Position numbers and translations under genes: made by a program
The notes under the pieces: generated by a model
The model's input: only the letters and a program-made list of their open reading frames with translations
Told to the model about the DNA's origin: nothing
Databases searched by the model: none
Shown: piece after piece, positions 50,015 to 59,889 of the stretch
Position numbering within the stretch: the first letter of the stretch is position 1
Layout: every line of letters begins with the position of its first letter
Assembly (NCBI GenBank): GCA_039680575.1
Contig: JBDKSP010000050.1
Location: 1-64,000 of the forward strand
DNA length: 64,000 bases
Direction: 5' to 3'
Source of the DNA: Armatimonadota bacterium
Lineage (GTDB): Bacteria > Armatimonadota > UBA5829 > DTLH01

Positions 50015-51772
50015 ATGGTAATGGCGAGAAAAGATCTGGGCGAGGTGCTCGTCGCTAAGAAATTAATCACGGCGGAGGAGCTTGCTCAGGCGCGGGAAGC
50101 ACAGCGCAGCGCGCCTGGTGATATCGGTCGGATCATAATCGACCTTGGCTTTGCCGGTGATAGAGACGTTATAAAGGCCAAGGCTGAAGTCTTGGGAATG
50201 CAGTTTGTCGATCTTTCTACGCAGAAAATCGATGAATCGACCGCCACCTCGATCCCCGAACGTATCTCCAAACAGCATAAACTTATCGCCATAGGCAAAG
50301 CTGGCGGGAAGTTGATTGTCGCCATGTCCGACCCCGGCAACCCGATGGCACTTCAGGATGTCAGACTCGTAGTGGGCGGCACCCAGTTAATGACCGTTCT
50401 TGCGACCGAAGACGATGTAGATGATGCGATTCGCCGTATCTACAAGGCAACATCGGACAACGGGGCTGTGGTTCCCGTGGCGAACGCTCCGACTAACGGC
50501 GGAGGGGGAATATCTTCGATCAGCGAAGCGATCGCTACTTACGGCGCGCGCGAAGAGATGGCGGACGACGATGAAAACCAGGTCCGCCAGGCCGCTGAGG
50601 AAGCGCCGATTATCCGTATTGCCCACACCATTATCCAGCAGGCGATCCGCGATGCATCGAGTGATATTCACGTAGAGCCGGACCGGCGAGGCGTGCGTGT
50701 CCGTTATAGAATTGACGGCGTCCTGCATGAAGTCATGCCGCTCCCTAAATATATCCAGGCTCCTCTCATCTCGCGCCTCAAGATTATGGCTGATATGAAC
50801 ATCGCCGAGCGGAGAGTCCCTCAGGACGGGCGTATTCCGATCCGCTGGGAGAACAAAGACTACGACCTTCGTGTCTCCTGCCTCCCCACCATTCACGGCG
50901 AAAAGATCGTTATGAGAGTCCTCGATAAATCGAGTGTTCTCCTTGGCTTGAACAAGCTCGGGTTTACACCGGAGACGCAGGCTCAGATAGATGAGATCAC
51001 ACAGCAGCCGAACGGTATGTTCCTTTCGACAGGACCGACAGGAAGCGGAAAGACAACCACGCAGTATTCCGTTCTGCACAAGATCAATACGGTCGATAAA
51101 AACATTATTACGGTTGAAGACCCTGTCGAGTACCAGTTAAGCGGGATATCCCAGGTGCATGTAAACAGAAAAGCAGGGCTTACGTTCTCCAGTGCGCTCA
51201 GATGTTTCCTGAGGCAGGACCCTGACATCATCATGGTCGGTGAAATCCGAGACCTTGAGACGGCTGAGGTCGCTGTCGAAGCAGCGCTTACAGGACACCT
51301 TCTTCTTTCGACGCTTCACACGAATGATGCTCCTTCGTGTGTTATCAGGCTTGTGGATATGGGTGTCGAACCATTCCTTATCTCGGCGACGATCATCGGA
51401 GTCCTTGCACAGAGACTTGCGAGAAGGGTTTGCCAGAACTGCAAGACCAGTTACACCATAGCTGCAAAGGAACTCAGGCGGTTCGGAATGAAGACCGAGG
51501 ACCCCGAAGCGCCGATTACACTCTACCGGGGCACGGGATGCGAAATGTGCAGGCAGACAGGTTACAAAGGCCGGGTTGGTATTTACGAATTGATGAGAAT
51601 GAACGACGAGATAGCCGAGCTTGTCGTAAGACGCGCTCCGCTCGCCGATGTCCGTGAAGCTGCCAAGGCAAACGGTATGCATGAGCTTCGCGAAGATGGA
51701 CTCGTAAAGGTCCTTGAAGGTTTGACGACCCCGGATGAGATTATGAGAGTAGTCTTCACAGCGGGACATTAA
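50015..51772 (+). CDS. pilB: Type IV pilus assembly ATPase PilB/GspE with MshEN-like N-terminus
   Basis: ASSDIHVEP, PQDGRI, GPTGSGKTTT, RQDPDIIMVGEIRD, STLHTND, tetracysteine CQNC..CEMC. Confidence 0.95.
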   Translation: MVMARKDLGEVLVAKKLITAEELAQAREAQRSAPGDIGRIIIDLGFAGDRDVIKAKAEVLGMQFVDLSTQKIDESTATSIPERISKQHKLIAIGKAGGKLIVAMSDPGNPMALQDVRLVVGGTQLMTVLATEDDVDDAIRRIYKATSDNGAVVPVANAPTNGGGGISSISEAIATYGAREEMADDDENQVRQAAEEAPIIRIAHTIIQQAIRDASSDIHVEPDRRGVRVRYRIDGVLHEVMPLPKYIQAPLISRLKIMADMNIAERRVPQDGRIPIRWENKDYDLRVSCLPTIHGEKIVMRVLDKSSVLLGLNKLGFTPETQAQIDEITQQPNGMFLSTGPTGSGKTTTQYSVLHKINTVDKNIITVEDPVEYQLSGISQVHVNRKAGLTFSSALRCFLRQDPDIIMVGEIRDLETAEVAVEAALTGHLLLSTLHTNDAPSCVIRLVDMGVEPFLISATIIGVLAQRLARRVCQNCKTSYTIAAKELRRFGMKTEDPEAPITLYRGTGCEMCRQTGYKGRVGIYELMRMNDEIAELVVRRAPLADVREAAKANGMHELREDGLVKVLEGLTTPDEIMRVVFTAGH

Positions 51773-51853
51773 AAGAGGTATTTGGTGCGGGTGCAGGAAC
51801 TGTAAATACCGCACTTTGAACTCTGAACTTTTCTTAGTCGGAGGCAATAGGGA

Positions 51854-53050
51854 TTGGAACAGCAGATAACAAACCAGGCGCAGCAGATTCCGCCGGAGCA
51901 GGCTGCGCAGATAGATCAGGCTCAAAGCGCGAACAAGCCGATTGAGTTAGGCGATACGCATGTCGATGAGCTTCTCAGGATTGTAGTAGAGAAAGGCGCG
52001 TCGGACCTGCATCTTTGCGTGGGGGTGCCGCCGATCATCCGCGTCGATGGTCAGCTTCTTCCGCTTAACTATACAAAGATCGAGTCCATCCAATGCCAGA
52101 GGATCATGTATGATATTCTCTCTGACGAGCAGATACAGCGGTTTGAAGAGAATCTTGAACTTGACCTTTCCTACGCATTTGGTAAGGTTGCGCGCTTCCG
52201 TGTCAATGTGTATCGCGACAAAGGTTCTGTTGCCGGAGCTTTCAGGTTGATCCCGACCAAAATTCCGACCCTAAAAGACCTGGGGCTTCCTTTGGTCCTG
52301 GAGGACCTTACCCGAAAACCCAGAGGTATGATTATTGTTACCGGACCGACTGGAAGCGGCAAGTCTACATCGCTTGCGGCTATGATCAACCAGATGAATA
52401 ATGAGCGAAGCTGCCACATTATTACAATCGAAGACCCTGTCGAGTATCTGCATCAACATAAGTATTGTATCATCAACCAGCGCGAGGTCGGGCAGGACAC
52501 GCATGAGTTCGCAAATGCTCTGAGGGCTGCCCTTCGAGAAGACCCTGACGTGATCCTGGTCGGTGAGATGCGAGACCTGGAGACAATGTCTAATGCGATC
52601 CGTGCTGCGGAAACCGGCCACCTTGTATTTGCCACTCTGCACACAAACAGCGCCGCATCGACAGTCGACAGGATCGTCGATTCATTCCCTGCAAACCAGC
52701 AGGATCAGATACGATTAATGCTTTCGAACAGCTTGGAAGCCGTCCTCTGCCAGCAGCTCATGCCGAGAGCTGGTATGCCCGGACGAGTCTGTGCGATGGA
52801 AATTATGATCGCTACTCCTGCTATTCGAAACCTTATTCGAGAGGCGAAGAGCCATCAGATTACGTCCATTATCCAGACCAGCGCCAACGTGGGTATGCAG
52901 ACGATGGACCAGCACTTGAGAGAGCTTTATCATAAAGGCGCCATCACTTATGACGACGCCATGACACGTGCCATGAATCCTGAAGAGCTCAAGAAGATGA
53001 TTGCCGCTCCAATGTCGACAGATGTGCCGAACGGCATGAACAGAAGATAG
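51854..53050 (+). CDS. pilT: Type IV pilus retraction ATPase
   Basis: ASDLHL, GPTGSGKSTS, INQREVG, REDPDVILVGEMRD and AIRNLIRE. Confidence 0.95.
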   Translation: MEQQITNQAQQIPPEQAAQIDQAQSANKPIELGDTHVDELLRIVVEKGASDLHLCVGVPPIIRVDGQLLPLNYTKIESIQCQRIMYDILSDEQIQRFEENLELDLSYAFGKVARFRVNVYRDKGSVAGAFRLIPTKIPTLKDLGLPLVLEDLTRKPRGMIIVTGPTGSGKSTSLAAMINQMNNERSCHIITIEDPVEYLHQHKYCIINQREVGQDTHEFANALRAALREDPDVILVGEMRDLETMSNAIRAAETGHLVFATLHTNSAASTVDRIVDSFPANQQDQIRLMLSNSLEAVLCQQLMPRAGMPGRVCAMEIMIATPAIRNLIREAKSHQITSIIQTSANVGMQTMDQHLRELYHKGAITYDDAMTRAMNPEELKKMIAAPMSTDVPNGMNRR

Positions 53051-53172
53051 TACAAAAAGTTTCGTAGTCCGAGTCCGTGAAGGTTTGCAAGCTGTAAGGC
53101 CAGCCTTTGTCCGTAGTTTATACCTGTGAAACCACGGATTAGGAATACGAATCAGGATAGGGGTGAAGGCGT

Positions 53173-54399
53173 ATGCCAAATTTTGCATACACAGTACGTG
53201 ATGCAAACGGGAACCAGATTCCCGGGACGGTCGAGGCCGAAAGTGAAGGACTGTTAAGGCGGAGGCTGACCGAGCAGGGATTTACGGTCGTCGACATCAA
53301 AGAGACCAAAGGCGGTAAGAAAAAGAACGCCGGCGGAGGGTTCGGACGGATAAAACTGAACGACCTTTCGGTCTTTTGTCGCCAGTTTTCCACCATGATC
53401 GATGCCGGTGTGTCGATGGTCAGGTGCCTGTCCGTCCTTGCGGAGCAGACGGTAAACCCGAAGCTCAAAAGGATCATCAACGACCTGCAAATGGAAGTGG
53501 AAGCAGGCCAGCAGCTTTCGAACGCGATGAGTAAGTATCCGAACGTGTTCTCTAACCTGTTTATCGGTCTGATCCGGGCAGGCGAAGTCGGTGGTGTTCT
53601 TGAGGAAAGCTTACAGAGGCTTTCGCAGTTCCTTGAAGGCGACATGGAACTGCGGCGAAAGGTCAAGTCGGCGATGACTTATCCGGTTATCGTTATGATC
53701 GTGGCTATCGGTATCGTAATCGGTCTGGTTACGTTCATCCTGCCTAAGTTTATGTCTCTGTTCGATGACCTCGGTGTCAAAGAGTTTCCTGCGCCTACGA
53801 GAATGCTGATGTCATTCAGTAACTTCCTGACCAGCAAGTGGTATATCATGATTATATGCCTGACGGTATTTGTTATCGCTTTCAGGTTGTTTGTCAAGTC
53901 GAAGGCCGGCAGGCGCATTTATGACAGGTTTAAACTGAAAGCCCCGGTCTTTGGAAAGCTGAATCACAAAATAGTCCTTGCCAGGTTCTCGAGAACGCTT
54001 GGGACACTGCTTGCTTCGGGGGTCCCGATCCTGCAGGCTCTTGAAACGGTTGCGGGAACAGTCTCGAATGAGATCGTAAGCGATGCCATACTTGAAGCAA
54101 GGGCAAGGATTCGGGAAGGTGACCGGATCGGAGACCCACTGCAGAGAAGTAAGCTGTTCCCTCCGATGGTCGTCCAGATGATCTCCATTGGTGAGGAGTC
54201 CGGCGCGCTCGATCCGATGCTCCATAAAGTCGCTGAGTTCTATGAGGCTGAGGTCGATGCGGCGCTTGACAGTCTTACGGCGACTATCGAGCCTGTTATG
54301 ATCGTATTCCTCGGAGGGGCGGTAGGGTTTATTGTTATATCGATCTTTCTGCCGCTTATCGCAGTAATTCAGAGTCTTGCTGGCGCAGGGTCGGAGTAA
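53173..54399 (+). CDS. pilC: Type IV pilus platform protein PilC/GspF
   Basis: FCRQFSTMIDAG, GEVGG.L, KVKSAMTYP, SGVPILQAL, GEESG.L, IEP. Confidence 0.95.
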   Translation: MPNFAYTVRDANGNQIPGTVEAESEGLLRRRLTEQGFTVVDIKETKGGKKKNAGGGFGRIKLNDLSVFCRQFSTMIDAGVSMVRCLSVLAEQTVNPKLKRIINDLQMEVEAGQQLSNAMSKYPNVFSNLFIGLIRAGEVGGVLEESLQRLSQFLEGDMELRRKVKSAMTYPVIVMIVAIGIVIGLVTFILPKFMSLFDDLGVKEFPAPTRMLMSFSNFLTSKWYIMIICLTVFVIAFRLFVKSKAGRRIYDRFKLKAPVFGKLNHKIVLARFSRTLGTLLASGVPILQALETVAGTVSNEIVSDAILEARARIREGDRIGDPLQRSKLFPPMVVQMISIGEESGALDPMLHKVAEFYEAEVDAALDSLTATIEPVMIVFLGGAVGFIVISIFLPLIAVIQSLAGAGSE

Positions 54400-54404
54400 G
54401 CTTA

Positions 54405-55274
54405 GTGCATTTTTGGTTTTGGGCGCTCGTGGTATTTGTTTATGGCGCTGTGATCGGCAGCTTTTTGAATGTCTGTATCTACCGGATGCCGATAGAACAG
54501 TCGATCATCAATCCGCCGTCGCACTGTCCAATGTGCAATAAAAAGCTTAGATGGATCGATAATATTCCGCTTTTGAGCTTTTTAATGCTCGGGCGCAAAT
54601 GCCGCTACTGCGGCGCGCCGATAAGCTGGCGGTATTTTATTGTAGAGCTGATTACAGGGCTTATATCCGTGGCGCTTTTCGCCGAATATGGTTTTACGGT
54701 CAATTTCTTTCTCTATGCGCTCTTTACGGCTGCGCTGATAGCTGTGTTTTTTATCGACCTGGAACACTGGGTCATTCCAGACCAGCTTTCGGTGTGGTTC
54801 GGAATGAGCATAGGAGTGGTTCGAGACATTTACGGACTAGTGATGCATGAGGAGGGGCATACCCTCCTCCATATTCCGATACCATTTACCGGTGTCGAGG
54901 TCCCTATGTTGTGGTCTGTCGCCGGATTGTTTATATGTGGCGGCATATTTTTAGCTATAGCGGAACTGGGCACGAGAGCTTTCAAAAAGGAGGCGATGGG
55001 CGGCGGTGATGTCAAACTTGCCGGTGCGATCGGTGCAGTCTTTTGCGGGGCTGTTACGAGCGGCTTAGGGCTGGGGTTGGCGTTATTGTCGTTTTTCATC
55101 GCCGTTTTTGCAGGCAGTATTATAGGGATCAGGTGGATGATAGCACATAAAGGGCAGGAAAACAGCAGCACGCTGCCGTTCGGCCCGATGATGGTCAGCG
55201 GCGTGCTTATCACGCTGTTCTTTGGAACGCAAATAATTGAGTGGTATCTGAGGTATCTTCAGCACAGGCTTTAG
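54405..55274 (+). CDS. pilD: Prepilin peptidase / N-methyltransferase
   Basis: GSFLNVCIYR, SHCPMC, KCRYC, IDLEH, MGGGDVKL, LPFGP. Confidence 0.94.
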   Translation: MHFWFWALVVFVYGAVIGSFLNVCIYRMPIEQSIINPPSHCPMCNKKLRWIDNIPLLSFLMLGRKCRYCGAPISWRYFIVELITGLISVALFAEYGFTVNFFLYALFTAALIAVFFIDLEHWVIPDQLSVWFGMSIGVVRDIYGLVMHEEGHTLLHIPIPFTGVEVPMLWSVAGLFICGGIFLAIAELGTRAFKKEAMGGGDVKLAGAIGAVFCGAVTSGLGLGLALLSFFIAVFAGSIIGIRWMIAHKGQENSSTLPFGPMMVSGVLITLFFGTQIIEWYLRYLQHRL

Positions 55275-55331
55275 AATATTCAGGGAACAGATAGGGCTAC
55301 GGACAAGTCTCACAATTACGGTATTCCACTG

Positions 55332-55357
55332 GTTTTGGGACGATGGTGTCCCAAAAC
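55332..55357. promoter_or_regulatory. Perfect 10-bp inverted repeat between pilD and the first pilin gene
   Basis: GTTTTGGGAC-GATGGT-GTCCCAAAAC. Confidence 0.4.
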
Positions 55358-55421
55358 TCAATAGGTAGTTATATTAATAGGATATCTTGATTCAGTCGTT
55401 ACGGGCTTGGAGGGATGAAAT

Positions 55422-56180
55422 ATGAAAACGATGCGCGGTAAGCAGGGATTCAGCCTGGTGGAACTCCTCACGGTAATCGCGATCATTGCGATACTTTCGG
55501 CGATTATTTTCCCGGTAATGGGAGCCGTGAAAAACAGGGCTAAACAGGTCCAGTGCATGACTAACCTGCATGATCTGGCTATAGCGATCAAGATGTACCA
55601 GCAGGACAACAGGCGGTACCCGGATTCTCTCGCAGGTATCACCGAGTATAAAGATGGTGCGATTCTTCCGCTGGAACATGCCAGAAATGGCGGTGGGCTG
55701 TATCCAGAGTATATCAAGGCTGTCAAAGGTTTTCACTGCCCGCTGGCGGTAACTTCATCGACCACAGCGGCAGTTAGGGTGACTAAAGCTGACGGCCTAA
55801 CATACGAGTACTACGCATACAGCAGCTATGATATATACACCCAGGGAGTAGTAAACGGCACTGCCGTGGCGAACTATCCTTTGGATATGCGGTATACCAC
55901 CAGGTGGGCTAACACCGAGGCTGATGTAGACAATTACAAGGCAGCATCGAGCAATCCCGATCGTACTTATGATTACAAAAGGCAGCTAAGGTTCCGCAAT
56001 CCGTCCGATGATACCATCGTGACCTGGTGCAGCTATCACGAACGCCAGGGTGACAAAAAGTCGATGGTCCCGGTGCTGTTCCTGGACGGACATGCAGATA
56101 TGATTTCAGCGGCTATCGTAGAAGGGTCTGATACTACCGGCGATCCAGGATGCCGCTGGAGGACTGAGAGCAATAAATAG
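55422..56180 (+). CDS. Prepilin-type protein with C-terminal H..LFLDGH motif
   Basis: QG|FSLVELLTVIAIIAIL..FPV..A..VQCMTNL and YH..VLFLDGHA. Confidence 0.88.
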   Translation: MKTMRGKQGFSLVELLTVIAIIAILSAIIFPVMGAVKNRAKQVQCMTNLHDLAIAIKMYQQDNRRYPDSLAGITEYKDGAILPLEHARNGGGLYPEYIKAVKGFHCPLAVTSSTTAAVRVTKADGLTYEYYAYSSYDIYTQGVVNGTAVANYPLDMRYTTRWANTEADVDNYKAASSNPDRTYDYKRQLRFRNPSDDTIVTWCSYHERQGDKKSMVPVLFLDGHADMISAAIVEGSDTTGDPGCRWRTESNK

Positions 56181-56198
56181 CCGGTGGCAGGCCATCAG

Positions 56199-56227
56199 TG
56201 GACCCTGAATCGAGTTCAATATGACGT
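56199..56227 (+). repeat. REP/REPIN-like element family 1, copy D (fragment)
   Basis: TGGACCCTGAATCGAGTTCAATATGACGT matches the second hairpin of copy C. Confidence 0.6.
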
Positions 56228-56365
56228 CTTGGCCGGTTTAATAAGAAGTGGTTTGTCCAGAGTGATGCGCTGTTTATTTAGAGTGATGTGAGTGGCGTAT
56301 AAGGGTGAATTGTTACTCATAGAGTATTACTGATAAAGCGAGTAATGCTCAACTGGGAGTTGATT

Positions 56366-58024
56366 ATGGTGTGCTTGAGAGCTAAAGCTAATCGGGGTAC
56401 TTCGTTAGTCGAAGTGCTGGTTGTACTGGTCGTGCTCGTGACGGGGATTCTGACTGTGGTCAATGTGTATCCGCCGGGGTTCAGGTCTGTTCGCCATGCC
56501 GAATGCGTGACTCTGGCCGGCCGTCTTGCTCAGTTCGAGATGGAGCGGTGGAAAAACAACTCCGAGAACCTGCCGGATGGCGTTCTGCCGATAGATGAAT
56601 CGGGCGTTATCCTCAATGATCGTTTTCCAGGACCTCCGGTCGATGACGACAATGCTACCTGTTTTCGCAGGATCATAGGAGAGACCGTCCGCATACCTTT
56701 CGGCGGGTGGGCAAATGGTCCGTTGAGCGGGTCGGTTTATATCCTTTCCTTCAGCCCGATAGATACAACCCACGGCGAGGTCGTTATCAAGGGAAGCAAC
56801 CTATCACGCCGTGTGCTGGATTCCGACGACAACACGGAGCCATGGAGGTTCCTGAGATCTTACCAGTACGCTATAGATTACGATAACCTGGCGATATGCT
56901 TCCGTGAATCGAGTCAGACACATCTCTATTATCTCAGTTGTTCCTGGTGGGAAACGCCAACAGGGAGCAAAAATCCCTGTCTTCGGACGGTCACGAATAT
57001 AAAGATAGAAGTCCCGGGCGGGACAGAGGGGTGGATCAACTTCGGTCCGGTGATCCAGGATAAAATATCAGAAGGTGCTTCATATGCGGGCATCGACAGA
57101 TACAGCGAAACAGTGGCGCGTGGGTTCACCGAGGTTACAAGCTGGTCTTCGGACCCATACGAATATATGATGGTCAACTCCCTGCTAGGCATTATATCGT
57201 TCAACCCCATAGGCTACAGCCAGAAGGAGTTTGGCCGTCCGCTCAAGGCAAGGATCGACTACGACATACTGGATCCTCAGATTATCCATGAAGATAAGCG
57301 TGTTCCAACGAATCAGCCCTACAGGGTGCATATGACGCTCAACCGTATAAAGGAGAGCGGTGTGTCCCTGGAGATCAATGGTGATACGTATAACGGGCTG
57401 AATCCGGCGTTTAGTACTACGGATGATGAGGGGAATACCTATGCCCCGGATATGATTGCTATAGACCTTGAGTCGGGGCGGCAGATTGCGTTTAATACCA
57501 AATGGATCGACTATAAGAGCGGTACAGTAGATCTACCCGAAGATATTGAGCTTTTTAGGCCTGATAATAGCGGGACTGACAATATCTCACCAGCTGGGCG
57601 GAATATCCGGTTCTATTACAAAGCCGAAAGCGACTGGTCGCTCCAGTTCCAAAAAGCCTATGTGCAATATGATAGAGATTACAGCTCCGGACAACTCGAT
57701 TACAAGAGTTATGCCATCAATGAATCGAGCAAGCCTCAAAGATTGTGGTTCGCAACCTGTAATGCTGGTCATACTGTCTCTATCGATTACGAATACACCC
57801 TGAATGGGCAGACCAGAAGGGTCCTTGGCGAGTGCCACAAGACATCCGATTCGCTTCTTGATTACGGCGGTGTCGACAGCACTTATATCGATCTCAACAA
57901 TGAGCCGACACGGATTTATTCGGTCAACGGCGTCTCCGTGAGGGCGAGAGTCATCTGGCGCGAGACTGAGAAGTGGCGGCATGTCGATCTGGATTCGATT
58001 ATTGCGAAAAAGGCTACGGATTAG
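56366..58024 (+). CDS. Large minor pilin-like protein (~550 aa)
   Basis: Class III signal RG|TSLVEVLVVLVVL with Glu5; beta-rich body. Confidence 0.82.
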   Translation: MVCLRAKANRGTSLVEVLVVLVVLVTGILTVVNVYPPGFRSVRHAECVTLAGRLAQFEMERWKNNSENLPDGVLPIDESGVILNDRFPGPPVDDDNATCFRRIIGETVRIPFGGWANGPLSGSVYILSFSPIDTTHGEVVIKGSNLSRRVLDSDDNTEPWRFLRSYQYAIDYDNLAICFRESSQTHLYYLSCSWWETPTGSKNPCLRTVTNIKIEVPGGTEGWINFGPVIQDKISEGASYAGIDRYSETVARGFTEVTSWSSDPYEYMMVNSLLGIISFNPIGYSQKEFGRPLKARIDYDILDPQIIHEDKRVPTNQPYRVHMTLNRIKESGVSLEINGDTYNGLNPAFSTTDDEGNTYAPDMIAIDLESGRQIAFNTKWIDYKSGTVDLPEDIELFRPDNSGTDNISPAGRNIRFYYKAESDWSLQFQKAYVQYDRDYSSGQLDYKSYAINESSKPQRLWFATCNAGHTVSIDYEYTLNGQTRRVLGECHKTSDSLLDYGGVDSTYIDLNNEPTRIYSVNGVSVRARVIWRETEKWRHVDLDSIIAKKATD

Positions 58025-58090
58025 TCCCGAACCGCATTCGAGAGGAATTACAAGCAAGTCGGAAGCGTATAACCGGTTAGCAAAGAGGTA

Positions 58091-59875
58091 GTGGTTATGG
58101 TCAATAAGAGGACAAGAGCAGGTTTTACTTTAGTGGAGCTTCTCGTGGTCATTTCGATCACGATTATCCTGATGGGCCTGATCTTTGCGCCTATCGTACA
58201 GACGTTCAACATGACCCGCCAGGCTAATGCGATGGTTATGGCGCAGAATACCGCCCGAACGACCCTGGAGCAGGTGAGCCGAGAGGTCAGCCAGGCGATG
58301 TTCGTCTATGATAACGCGAACAGCCCGATTAACTTCCCGGTCCAGCAGCCGGACGGCACTACGGAGAAAATAAAGGCGCTGTACGGCAAGATCGACATAG
58401 TCCTGCCTAAGCTCGTTATGCACTGTAACAATCCCGACCACGATGAGAGTCAGCCTCGGGACTATGAGCGCGGAGACGATGCATGGCCGGAGTGCCCGGT
58501 GTGTAAGTCCACCGATATAGAAGCCCGTCCGAAAGAACCGCTTGTTGCCGACGGCAAGATCGTGCGCTACTTTGTGGGACTGCTCAATAACGATCCCAAT
58601 GCCGATCTTACAGTTTTTCCCGCTGAGAACTATCGAGACTGGCCTGAGACCGGTTCGCCGCTGAACGGGTTCATACTCTATCGCGCCGAAGTCGATCCAT
58701 ACGATAAAAATCTTTTCAAATTTGACAACGACGGTAAACCTATTCTCGACGATCCGGATTTCTTCTACAGCACGGAGATTCCTGAGGATGGGAATGGTAA
58801 GCCGTTCTGGGAGAACTGGAAGGCTGTCTCGAAGCCTGTCGGCCCACAGACTGACACCGACCTTGTGCTTTTGCGGATGAACGATGCGAACGACAGGGTC
58901 GTGACTGTAGTCCCGAGCGTACGGTTCCAGCCGGCACAGATGACGGACGACTCTTTCAAGCCGGCGTATGTCACCGATGAGGGTACCGAGTCGCCGGCAA
59001 GCATTCCGTCTGTTTTCAGAGCCAGCTACGGCGCGTGGGCGAGTTCTGTCGGAAATTCCAACCTTGAGATGTACAGTGTATCGCTGAACCGATACAATTC
59101 GGAATCGGACGCCAACGACATCTGGTACCGGACTGCGCGTCAAGGGGATGATAATCACTTGGTTATCAACAGGTATGATTCCGCAGGTAATCCTACCTTT
59201 GTTTTCGACATTACCGATTATGAAACGAACGGCGTTTTCCCGACGGATAGTCCCGAAGTCGCGTTTGTGGTCGATCCGGTAAAAGGCGAGGTAAGGTTCG
59301 ATTTCCCTGATTCGGATGTGATACACCAGGACGATATTATTGCCATGAACCAGCGTGTCGCGTTGAACAGTAACGCTTCCAACGGTTCTCCGGCCCGTAT
59401 GTACCGCCTTACTATGTTCGATGAATTGTCTTCGACCTCCGAATTCAAGCCGAGGATAGTCCCGGGAAGCGAAGTGGTTATGGGACCGGATATGACTTCT
59501 GGACTGCAGCCTGAAGATATCAAGATGGTCCGTTATGAGCGCGTGCCTTTCAACCTCGGTGATCCGAGAAGGAACCAGTATAAGATAGACTACGGTATGA
59601 GCGACAGCTCGAATGCGGATAACAGCGTCGGTTGGATCGTTTTCAGCCCGGCTTACGATGATGTAATCCCGGAAACGATGTCCAGTGGAGAGTCCAGGTT
59701 CGAGATAAGTTACAAATTCCAGTGTAACCGTGACGGAGACGTGGTCATAGGCAATTATGCAACCAAAACTCTTATGCAGATAACCATGGGTATTCGATAT
59801 TACGACCGGAACTCCGGTAAAGTGCATCCTGTGGAGCTTACAAACAAGGTTCGTATACGAAACCTGATGAGATAA
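58091..59875 (+). CDS. Large minor pilin-like protein (594 aa, PilW/GspJ position)
   Basis: AG|FTLVELLVVISI..AR..LEQVSREVSQA; terminal ELTNKVRIRN strand. Confidence 0.85.
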   Translation: MVMVNKRTRAGFTLVELLVVISITIILMGLIFAPIVQTFNMTRQANAMVMAQNTARTTLEQVSREVSQAMFVYDNANSPINFPVQQPDGTTEKIKALYGKIDIVLPKLVMHCNNPDHDESQPRDYERGDDAWPECPVCKSTDIEARPKEPLVADGKIVRYFVGLLNNDPNADLTVFPAENYRDWPETGSPLNGFILYRAEVDPYDKNLFKFDNDGKPILDDPDFFYSTEIPEDGNGKPFWENWKAVSKPVGPQTDTDLVLLRMNDANDRVVTVVPSVRFQPAQMTDDSFKPAYVTDEGTESPASIPSVFRASYGAWASSVGNSNLEMYSVSLNRYNSESDANDIWYRTARQGDDNHLVINRYDSAGNPTFVFDITDYETNGVFPTDSPEVAFVVDPVKGEVRFDFPDSDVIHQDDIIAMNQRVALNSNASNGSPARMYRLTMFDELSSTSEFKPRIVPGSEVVMGPDMTSGLQPEDIKMVRYERVPFNLGDPRRNQYKIDYGMSDSSNADNSVGWIVFSPAYDDVIPETMSSGESRFEISYKFQCNRDGDVVIGNYATKTLMQITMGIRYYDRNSGKVHPVELTNKVRIRNLMR

Positions 59876-59889
59876 GGATAAGACGAGCA

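Noticed and set aside
53107..55306. 10-bp inverted repeat TTGTCCGTAG / CTACGGACAA flanking pilC-pilD, a possible invertible segment
   Set aside because: Short, no recombinase nearby, and the genes are in normal orientation; likely chance
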